Both the position numbers and the translations under genes were made by a program. Below are positions 10,442 to 22,400 of a stretch of 64,000 nt of DNA, piece after piece (the stretch's first letter is position 1; every line of letters begins with the position of its first letter). The notes beneath the pieces were generated by a model. That model was not told the DNA's origin, did not search any database, and was given only the letters and a program-made list of their open reading frames with translations. Location: the NCBI GenBank assembly GCA_904063045.1, contig CAJFCJ010000023.1, positions 62,001 through 126,000 on the forward strand, given 5' to 3'. The DNA is from Dimorphilus gyrociliatus. Its lineage: Eukaryota > Animalia > Annelida.

Positions 10442-13400
10442 GTAAGTTCAAGTAAATTTATTTATAGCCTGAAAAAAGTATATCATAAAGTAACCCTTTT
10501 CATAATTTTACTTATAATAATATTACAGAGTTGTAATGGAATGTCACATCCAAAGCGATGTTATACCGAAAATTGAATGGTATAAAGACAATATATTAAT
10601 ATCTTCTCCCGACTATCAACCGCACTTTCAAAATGGAAGAGCAACATTAACAATTGACGAAACTTTCCCGGATGATTCTGCAAATTATACATGCAAAGCT
10701 TTAACTCCAACAGGGAGTGCAGAAACTAGTGCCAATCTGTTTGTTAAAGGTATATGATAAACTTTTAAACTAACACTCACCTACTGTTATTCAGTTGTGC
10801 TAATTTTTTGATACATTAAATTCGTTTGTTAATAAAGCATTAGACCAAAATTCAATAGGTAAACTTAAGTAAATACCTGTAGAGGTATTATTATTTATAA
10901 TGAGTTTTAGACCTTTAAATATTCAGCCTACTTTTTTTACAAAAAAGTTTACCTGCATTTAGGCTATAAATACCATTAATTCATTATTTATCTAAGATAT
11001 TAAAATCATTTTGTTTACAAAAAAATATATTTTTACAGGGTTTAATTCAAACTAAACTATAAATGCTTTTACTTCTTGTTTATAATTGAGAAGGAATTAT
11101 TTTTAATTGCTTTGTTTTATTGATGATTGTTAGCATTCTCTAAATCAATACCTTTTTTTATAGGCTTAGCTTTATCTATACCCTATTTCTTTAAAAATAA
11201 GAGACAACTCTTACTTTTTATTATATGCTCAATTTATTCATTTTCAACTTTTCGAAACACGTTGAAAGTTTATACTGCATTGTAAAAAAAAAATTGTTTA
11301 ATGTATCAAACTCTTACACAAACTGATAACACAATTACTATGCACTCTAACTCTCCGCTTCTCACTTCTAATTTTTCTTAGAAACTCACCGTAAAGTAGA
11401 TCCTCCCGAATTCACCCGGCAGCTGCGGTCGGTATGTGAGGTACCGGAAGGTACCCAGCATGTTCTTGAGTGCCATGTTACCGGAATACCCACACCAAAT
11501 ATATCGTGGATGAAGAATAATGAGTGTATCGATGATGAACCGGAATACGTTATAACAAAGATCAACGGAACATGTTGTCTAAAGATCAGGAGAGCCACTC
11601 GGGAGCACTCCGCAAAATATACATGCTTAGCAGCAAATAACGGGGGTTCTGCTAGTAGTTCTTCAACTGTTCACGTTTTTCGTAAGTGTTCTTCGCAAGT
11701 GCACAATTCTATTTTTACCTTAGAATTCAAGAGTATCATTCAATCATCGATACAATGCTTTAAAATTATATTTGTAACCGCTTTTTTTGCTTTTTCCTAT
11801 CAATCTCTATCATTCATCTGCTATGATTTGTAACACTTGGAAGACGCAAAGGGAAAGTTGCATCTTTGAACAATGATAAATCCTTTAAGCAATTCTTATA
11901 AAGAATTTTGACAGTAATAGCTGAATTTTACACAAAGACCTAAATATTTAATGCTCTTCTGTTCATATTTATATTTGGTACTTGAAAAAAAATCTTTAAA
12001 TACTAAATATAAATAAAACTATAAAGAAACTCTGACGTTTATTAAAAGTAAAGTAAAACCGAATTTTTTTATAATGAATCGTAAAATTTTTATCAAAGAA
12101 AACTCTTAGATATTGTACGAAATCGGAAAATGAAAGATTTGTTTAAAAGCATCCTTTGCAAAAATTCCTTTAACCATTAAAGTTTTTCTAAAATTTTAAC
12201 TAAAGGTCAAAATACTATTCTTGCAGCGGTTGAAAAGCCCATAATTAGAAAACAACTACCGAATGTTGCTGCTACTGAAGGAAATCCCGTTAAACTCAAG
12301 ATGGACTTTAGCGGGAGACCACCTCCGCAGGTCACTTGGCTAAAAGGAGATAAACCAATACACAATTCTCACGTTCACAAGGTAAATAAAGCGTTAGGTC
12401 TTCTATTATAAATCATAATTACAACTCGCTTAAGACTAAATAAGGGGAGGTCGCAAGACTTTTAACACTTATACGATAAGTTAGTTTTTTAACTAGCTCA
12501 CTTATAGAAATCGTTTCAATGTTGTTTTTTCATTACAAGTCGTAGGGAAAGTCGGCGAAATTGAGTTAGGCCTGGATTGCAAATAGAGAAGACACACTTC
12601 AGTTATTGCATTTAATGTCGATACCTTTCACAAACTAGAGCTTTTTTTTATTAAATTTTCAACTTTTCTTATTAACTTGTAAAGAATTCTTAAAAAATTC
12701 CTTTTTTAATAATACTTTATAATTGTAAAACTTTTTAATTACATAATAGCTAGTGTCATATATCCAGTATATAAAATTTTTGGAAGATTATGTCACGCTG
12801 AAATATGATCCAATAATATGAAATCCATTAATCCGTTAATCCGTTAAGCTGTCTGCCAACTGCGTTTTACGGGAGGTGTTAGAACTGTTGTACCCTTAAA
12901 GTTTTGATCGGTATCTCTTCGATATTCGGTCCATGCAGATGTTTCAGACAATTTAATCCTTTTTAATCCAAAATCGGAGTGACCTTGTTAATAAACTTTA
13001 TTTTAGCAAATACTTATTTAATTTTATCAAATACATAAAGGATTAGGAATAATGTAGAATATTTATTCTAAGCACCCTTAAAGAGTTATGCTATATACCA
13101 ATCGGTCTAATGACCCTAGATCAAAAGCCGAATGAAAATAAAATAAGATTGAGATAAGAGTTTTCAAGCACTAAACTTACTCTTTAGAGATTTATTTTTC
13201 TCCATATATTCGCAAGGGTATACAATCCTAATAGGCATAGGTTGAAGAAAGACAACTTCTGTCTCCGAAACGAAGTTTAGAACGTTGCAATCTGACATCA
13301 TCCTTTTAAGTTAGACTGATCCTTAAAGAATAAAAATGAAAATTAATAATTATTTATAAGATATGCCAAAAATATTTAATAACTTTCAAAAAATCTTCAA

Positions 13401-16400
13401 TGGTATATTTACATTAATACTTATGACTATAAAAATTAATAATATATATAATTTATGTTATATTATAAACTGTATAGTCCAAAAAAGTATACATCAAGAC
13501 ACTTAGCGGTCTACTGCACGACTTTTGGGCGTATTCTAAAATGAAACTTACGAGGTTAAAAGTAGGCAATTGGGAATTTCTATTCAGCTGTCGCATACGA
13601 GTTTAATAAAAAAACGTACCCGATTATATCGCTTATCAATGTCGAAAAGAACTGTCAATATATTTGAATAGATATTGCATAAAAATTTGCAGCTAGTGCT
13701 CAAGGATAAACAATAACTGCTTATGACGCAGTGTTAAACAAATTTTACATTTTGACTTGACCTGACCCGACCTATCGGTCGTTGTTCTACCAATATCCTT
13801 GCAAGTAGTTTGTTGTATTGGGGCTACCAACTATTATGTGTGACACTAGGTGTTCCTATTGGAAAAAACAAATCGGAGGATTTGAAATGTTGTTTTAATG
13901 AGTTTAGTAGGATTTGTAACCCTTTTTAATTCGAATCAGTAGGAAACTTTGATCCCCTATTATTAATACGAATACTCAATAAAGATTTATAACAGAGTAA
14001 AAATTTAAGATAAGAAAAAAGATAAGTGTGTTGGTAAACATTGAATTAACTTAATAAAAAATCTAAACTTTTTCTTTTAGGTGTAAGCGTATTTAACAAA
14101 AACTATGTACGCAGGTATATTGTACTGTATTTACGTATATAAAATATAATATACCTTAATTGATTTGTAAATTTGAGACCTTATTTATGTAAAATTCTTC
14201 TGCGTTCAATTATAATTTGAACTATTAACCTGAAAAATCTATTTTTTATGAACAATTTGAATAAGCAGCAATTTTTACCGAGTTATTATTTAGTTTATTC
14301 TGTTACGCTCCTTATTGTAGTCTCTCTTTTCAGACCGTTCATAAACGAACGTTTATTTACGGATTGTGTTATGCGAATGTAAACAATCTGACGTTCTAGG
14401 CTATTTGAGTTTTACATTCTGAAAGTATCAAATATCGTTAAACTGATAAGAAATTTTTATAGACTCAATCTATTTTTCTTTCAAAACGATATGATCTTTT
14501 AGACAATAATATAACTTTGACGAGTTTATTCAACGATGATGGCTTAATATGTCAAGTAATTAGCATTGTATATGTAGTTAAAATACTTAGATTTTATCGC
14601 ATCTATTTATGAAAGATGATTATAATGGGTGTGTTTAGAGTAAAAGTTTACAAGCATTTCCTATCCTATTCACATGTTTGTTGAATAATCCGATTATTTT
14701 CACCGTTGATTAACTCCTTTTGAACTATATAATTGGAAAAGTACGAAAATAACACAAATTCTTCTTAGAAAACAGTCTACTTTAAACACTTAACAAACTT
14801 TACGAACAAGTGTCAAAACGTTATATTTCATAATAAAATATATAATTTAGATTTTTTTGCTCTCAATTCAATAGAAATATCTACATGCGAAACAAACCTT
14901 TACTTTTATCAGGTCGATTTCAGTTTGAAAAGTAAATTTAAGATTCAGATTGTAAATACTTGTACTAAATGTCAGCCTACGGTCTAGTTTTTATCGGTGA
15001 ATCAAATTTTAAGTATTATAATATACAATAATATAATAAAGATACAGTAGATGTATATTTATATTGTTATTTATTTTTGTATTTACTTCAATTTACTATA
15101 TATGCATATGTGCACAGTATGTGGATATATAGTACGTTTACTGTATGCAGTATACACACATATATATATATATACTGTATATAAATATATATATATAGTA
15201 TATATGACGATGGTTTTGAGTAAGCATTAGCTTTTAAAATTGAAAGAATATCGTATTATATTACAAGCGAAACTTGTTTCATAAATAGATCCCGCATGAC
15301 TCTGTTTTTAACATATATAAATATATATTATATCAGCCTTTTTTCAAGTTCAGGTACAAGCCTTGATATATATATATACTGTCTATATAGTATTTCATAG
15401 TATTTCGGCCTAGAATAAACTTCTCTTATTAGTTAATTTATGCAAAAATTTTTCTTTTATTATTATCTTTAAATTTTTTTGTGAAGATAGAATAAGAAAG
15501 GAAAATAATAATTTTTTATTAACGGGTAGAGCTTTCTTATGTGTTTAATTTACCGTGTAGATTTTTATTCGGTTTAAATACATTTAATATAGCCACCATA
15601 TATAGAGTTTTGATTTCTTTTACAAAAGAATTTTTAACTAAAAAGGAACCAACCAAAGTCCACTTTTAGTCGACTTTACTTTAAAATATCTTAGTTAGAT
15701 ATTATGGAAAAATTAAATAATATAATAAAATAACAACGACACTATTCTTATGCTAATAAATGGGAATTTAATGGGCAAACAAATGAATTTTTAGTCTCGG
15801 TTCCTCTTAAGATTTCTTTATCAACACCTATCAAAAATACACCAACTTCCTATTTGTTACTTCAAGTGACATTTAGGAGAAAGGCCTACTATCTCTAATA
15901 TATCTACTTTTGTATAGATCGTGTTTGTATGAAAAGGAATATGTTTTAGTTTTGCTCTTTTCAGGTCACGGTTGCTGAACATCAAACGACGTTGGAAATC
16001 GTTCGATTAACTCCTGCTGAATGCGGAACTTACACTGTTGTACTTAAAAATCTCGGTGGTGAAACAAGATCATCATGTCTTGTTTCCCTGTCCTCAGGAT
16101 CTATACCGTCGGATATAGATCATCAGAAGCCTCAAGTCTTGGAACCGCTACGTAACGTTGATCCGAAATTAGGCCAAACAGTTTTTCTGGAATGTATTAT
16201 AGCAGGAGCAACCGAATGCGAAATTACATGGTATCACCAAAACCGTCCTATTAGAGAAAATAATCGAATCAAATTTCTGTTCGACGGTGACAAATGTTGC
16301 TTGCGAATTAGTAGTCTTAAAAATGAAGATTACGGATCTTATATATGTTCAGCTACAAATTTACTTGGAACGGGTAAAACTCAATGCGCAGTTATCCCAC

Positions 16401-19400
16401 CTGTTAGGTCACCAGATCAAGCTGAGCCACCTCATTTTACACTTTTGCTCAAAGATCTCGAAGATTATGAAGGCGAAATGGTTAGATTCGAATGCTGCGT
16501 AAATGCATATCCAAATCCTACTATCAAATGGTTCAGGAATGGGAAACCAATTGAACATTCAAACGATTTTCAAATATCTAATATTAACGAATTACAAATT
16601 CTTACAATACCCGAAGCTTTCAGAGAAGATGGAGGAAATTTTTGTTGTGAAGCCAAAAACGTTGCAGGAGAAGCTAAATGCTATGCGACCCTCATTGTTA
16701 AACCTATGTCTGAGAAACATGTCATGAAAACCCGATTACTAGAAACATCTCAAACTGTAAAGAAAACTCTCGTTGGCGATCATTTGCAAAAACCGCCTGA
16801 ACTAGTTAGACCTTTTAATGATTTTAAGGCAAGACCAGGTAAACCTTGTAGAATGGAAGCGGAATTATCCGGAAATCCAGAGCCTACAGTTACATGGTAC
16901 TTTAACGATGAACCGATCGTATCACCCGATTATCAGATATCGAGAAATGGTAACGTTCACACTTTATACATACCTGAAGTTTTTGACGAAGACGCAGGGA
17001 GATTTTCACTTATTGCTGAAAATTCTAACGGTAAAGCCACCTGTACCGCTCTGTTAGTCGTTGTTCAAGACACTGAAATTGACGATATAACCGACAATGC
17101 ACAAGCCAGAGAGCATATGACTGTGCCAAGTATTGCGCAAAAGAGGGCGCTTTCGCCGAAACACTTCTCTCCTGTTGTTGGTTCTCCCCGGGGTCCCTCT
17201 CCCAGGGACCTCGGTAGGACATACCAACAAGTCGATCTTACAATGGAGGTTCCAATTCCACCTAAATTCCTAAAGGAACTAAAGAACATTACTGCGATGG
17301 AGGGAACTAGAGTGAAATTTGACGCAGCTGTAGAAGGCAAACCAAATCCAACGATAAAATGGTTTAAAGAAGGTAAAGAACTAAACGACACAGCCGACTT
17401 TGAAATATCTTATAGGAATGGAAGAGTCGAATTGGTAATTCCTGAAGTATTTTGTGAAGATTCTGGGAAGTTTGATTGCGTAGCAAGCAATAAAGCCGGA
17501 ACAAAAACATCTTCAGCTGAATTAATAGTCAAAGGTTAGTTATCTTACCATATAAATAGAGTTTCTTAAACTTTTCATTGAATATATTAGAATTACATTT
17601 AGGCTAGAGTAAAATAAGAAAGCACTTGAATTTGAAAAAGAAACTTAACAAGTTTCTACCTTAAGATGTATTGTAAATATTATTTTGAAAGAATTTAACA
17701 AATTTTATTTAGAATATAAAAGTAGGTAGAATTATTATAAAAGTTGTCGCCATAAAGTTTAGGCGAGAACCGTAAAATGCTACTTTGTATAAAAGTTTAA
17801 TAATCAGCGATCATTCTATTGGGATTTTAGTTTCTTTGTACCTTACTTCAAATTATTAATTAGATATTTTCTGGCTTTACAAAACATACCCGTGATTAAA
17901 TTTTTACAGTGTACGACTTTACTATAATAGGACAAGCGTCTAGGCTATATTGAATATAATTTATAGACTTTGAGTTGTAAAAGAAATAGACCAGGCCTAG
18001 GATATTATATGTGATATTTGCGGAATATAAGCTAAAGTGTTTGTAGTGTTGTTTATAATCTTGAACCGTTTTCTCCTTTGAATAGATCTTTAAATTTAAT
18101 GTGTTTTGTTAACTACTATATTCGGAGTTCCTAATATTTTTACTTTATTGTGTTATTAGCGACAAAAGCTCTTTATATCCGTTGCAATTAACCCCTTCCA
18201 TAGCCTCATGTCGACTTTTATAGCTTAAATGTTTTATTATTGTAAGGGTGATTATATAGATAATAGCGAAAGAAAATCCTATTCCTTATAAAAACACCAT
18301 AAATTACATACTTTTTGTGCTGCTTTCTCAATTGCTTTCAATGAAATGATGAATGTTCTCTCCTACTTTATCTTGATATCAAATCATCCTCTTTTTAAAT
18401 GTTACTACGACGAATTCCATAATAGAGAGTAATTGGTCATTATTTTCGTAGATAATAATAATTGTTGTAATAGGTCGCTTGTGTACACATATTCTACATT
18501 TGTATATTCTATTTATGTTATTAATATTGACTTTAAAAAGTTCAAAAAGTATTCAATCACTTGTGTTTAGAAAAGTATTTTTTCTTTCAGAAAATTCAAT
18601 TAAACTCGTTTTTGCACAAATTTTATTCACCTTAAATGTCTATATACAAGTTTTCAATTTGCGTCTTTCTTGCACCCAGTAATACTTCTAGAGTTAACTT
18701 TGAAAATAACCGGATCTTCGTAGCGTTTAATCATTGTTGGATCATATGATTTAGACTTTCTTTTACTCTTTAAATCCTCTTCCAGCATAGCATTTATATC
18801 CTTTGCCAATTTTTCTTGATTACTTGTCAATATTTTTAAAGTTTCCATTATGTGATCGAGCTTTTTGTTTATGACACTTAAGTCATGTTCTAAAGGATTC
18901 GCCATGAAGTTTTTTCTCTTTTATGATGGTTTTTCGAAATATCTTATTATCTTTTGCTGTAGAATGCTACTTTACCTTGTTTTGATGAAAGAATGACTGA
19001 ATAGTAATTTTATCTAGACTTGTAGAAATAAGTTTGCCAACAATTGATAAAAGTATTAATAGTTAATAGATCAAATTATATTGAAAGAAAGACAATTAAC
19101 TGTAATAATTTACCTATTATTATATTTTTGAGTTTTAAAGAATAATTGTAAAATCGTTTTTTTGCTATTTTATTGTAATCTCATTTTTTTTAAAATCTTT
19201 AACAGCGTCGTTAATTCCCCCATCGTTTATTGACCGCCTCCAATCTTCTGAAGTAAGGGAAGGCGATAAAGTTTTAATGACTGTTAAAGTTTCTGGAGAT
19301 CCACCTCCTGAAGTAACTTGGTACAGAGAGGCAACTAAGATTGTGTCCTCTGCTGATTTTGAAATTAAGACTGCAGGAAATGTAAGTTCCTTATATATTC

Positions 19401-22400
19401 CTGAAGTCTTCTATGAAGATTCTGGAAAATTTACTGTTGTTGCGGAAAATGAAGCTGGCATAGAACGTTGCACAGCCGAGTTAATTGTTGAAGGTAAAGT
19501 TTATAAATGAAATGAAATGCAATTATAATTCGTATTCAATATTCTTTGTTTAGCTCCGTCCGCTATCGAGGAGTCAGCTTCACCAAGCCCTCCAAGAAGT
19601 CCTTCTATCACTCAATCTCCAATGAGATTCGCTGCCCCACCAACAGCTCCACCAAAAATACCTGAACCCCCGTCGGCTCCGCCTATGTTCAAACCAACTA
19701 AACCAGTCCAATTCTTAAAGGTGATCCGCTTTTCTCATCTATTATGTAAGCATTGTAAAATGCGGAGGACTATTTGACGGCAAATAGTATTTTTTTGGAA
19801 TAAACTGCCTCTATTGTAAAGTTTTAGTCAAGCGAAATTAATACGGCAGATTAAATCTGAGAAACTGTTAAATTAATAATCCTAAAGCTTATATGTTAAC
19901 AACTCTTAATTCAAACTTTTCAGCCTTTGAGGGACACAAAAGTTAAAGAAGGTCAAAGGTGCACTTTGGAATGTATTGTGCCTCCAGCTACCCGGCCTGA
20001 TAAAATACAATGGTTTAGAAATGAAGTTGAGATTCATCCATCTTTAGATTATGATATCAGATATGATCAAGGAAAATGTTGCTTAACAATAATTGAAGTC
20101 TTTGTAGAAGATGCAGGAATATATAAATGCAGCATTACAGTCGAAGGCTTAACAAACTCTACGACTATGGTTCTGGACATAGAGGCTGTACCACCGCCAC
20201 CTCCTCCACCTCCTCCTAAGCCTATATCTTCTCCTGTTCAGCCACATAGAGCTCCTGTTTTCCAGAATACAATGCCTCATCAACAATTGGCTAGTGGAGC
20301 AAGTGCATATTTTGAAGTCCAAGTTAATGGACATCCTCCGCCTGTAATCTCGTGGACTAGAATGGGACATCCAATAGTTGATAAAGTCAGGTAAGTTAAA
20401 CGCTAAGGGATTAAAACTTTCTTAAATAATTCGAATTAAAAAAATTACTATATGTATTCATTCTCTAATCCAGATTTGACTCAACTTATGACCAATACAA
20501 AGGAATAACCACATTGACAATAAAAAATCTTAATCTCAGCGATGAAGGAGAATATACCTGTACGGCTGAAAATGCAGTAGGAGCATCATCTACCTCAGCA
20601 TGGCTACTTGGCCCAGATCGGTATAAATTATGGAGAGAGCAAGGAACTCATCCGTCACGAATGCCGGAAAGAATTCCTGAAACTCATAAACCAGAAGAAA
20701 GAATTACAACTGAAACATCCTCTCCTTTGAGAACGCCACAAGATTTTGTTGTATCAGATTTTGAAAGTCGACTTAGAAAAGACGTGGCTGAAAGGGACAG
20801 AATGGATGGCCAAGCCTCTATACCTAAGTTTGAAAATGTATTAGAAAACAAACAAACGCCTGAAGGGGGGGAAGTTTCTCTCATATGCAAAGTAAATGGA
20901 ACCCCTCTACCAAATATTGATTGGTATCATAACGGACGTTTAATTAGACCTTCACGACGATATGAAATGAAAATGAACAAAGAAGGCTTAGTAATGCTAA
21001 ATGTAAGTTTTTAAGAAATATTTAAAAAAAAGCACTTTCAATTTTTGAAATAATAATTGATAAATAATTTTAGCTGAGAATGGCATTGCCCGAAGATTCT
21101 GGATATTATACTTGCTGTGCAACCAATCTTGCTGGCAGAGACACTTGCTCTGCTGAGCTAAATGTTGGTCCTATTTCTGTAATTGATGAGAGTTCCTATG
21201 TCGCTCCTGACACATTGAAAAGAATGATGAAAAGGTAAATTACACATAGACTTTGATAACTTTTTATTTTTAAAATAATTACAGTCCTCAAGATGTAAAA
21301 GATAGTGGAACAGGAGGCATTTTAGAGAAACACTTTAAACCAGTTTTCCGCAAGATACCTTTGGATCAACAAGTACCAGAAGGAAAGATGGTTCGATTTG
21401 ACTGTGTTTTATCTGGCCGACCCATACCAGAACTTTTCTGGTACTGTGAAGGAAGACAAGTATTTGATGATGATTTGCATAAAATCGTTGTGAATGAAGA
21501 TGGAATTCATTCTTTAATTATTAATTCGACAAGTCCATCAGACGCTGGACAATATCTGTGCATCGCTAGAAATAGAGCAGGAGAAGATCAATTCAACGTT
21601 CACTTAAACGTTCAATGTAAGAAATTAAGTCGTTTTGTTGAAAGTGTTGATAATTTTATTTTAATATCAGCTCAAGGTGAAATATGCCCTCCAAGATTCA
21701 TTGAACGAATGTCAGCTATGCAAGTCAAAGAAGGAGAACCGGTGTGCCTTACAACTGAATCTGTAGGCAATCCTACTCCTATGATGTCTTGGCAAAAAGA
21801 TGGAAAACATATTAATATGGATGATATGAGATACCGAATTGAGACCAATGAAGGAAGAAGTTCTCTTCATATACCGGAAGCGACTGCTCAAGATAATGCA
21901 TGGTTTCAATGTACTGCCGCTAATTGTACCGGAACAGCAACAAACAGAGCTAGATTGATTGTACAAAGTAAGTATAGAATATCGATATTTTTGGGTATTT
22001 GAAGACAAGGCATTTCTATAAATCATCCAATTCATAGTCGAAACAAGAAAGAAGGAACCAGAGAAAAAATTAGTAATACCGAGGAAAACAACTCCTACTC
22101 CGTAAGTTTAATTTTAGTGTATCAATTACTTTTATTTTAATTCATCGAAGTCGTCATTTATATTATTTAATGCCTTTTTATTTCGTATTTACCATCCACT
22201 CGATTTTTCCTTATAAAAACCGTTTAAATGATCCTCCTAATCCCTTGCTAGTATTGGAGTACAGTCTTATCAAAGAATGGATAAATACTCCAGTGAATTA
22301 CATCAAAGTTTGGAAGATATTAGATCCTATCCACCTGTTGAAATGACTTTCAACTATGGTCCCCAGAGTTCTATGTCCATGCCTACATTATTTAGGCCTT

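Noticed and set aside
12820-13860. Short motifs (TTAATCCG x2, TGACTTGACCTGACCCGACC) as a transposon or nuclear-receptor element
   Set aside because: No terminal repeats, target-site duplication or coding remnant are visible; too short to call.
15204-15225. ATG ACG ATG GTT TTG A|GTAAGC as an internal first exon
   Set aside because: Phase 1 does not match the next acceptor (15965, phase 0), and it sits in TA-repeat DNA; unsupported.
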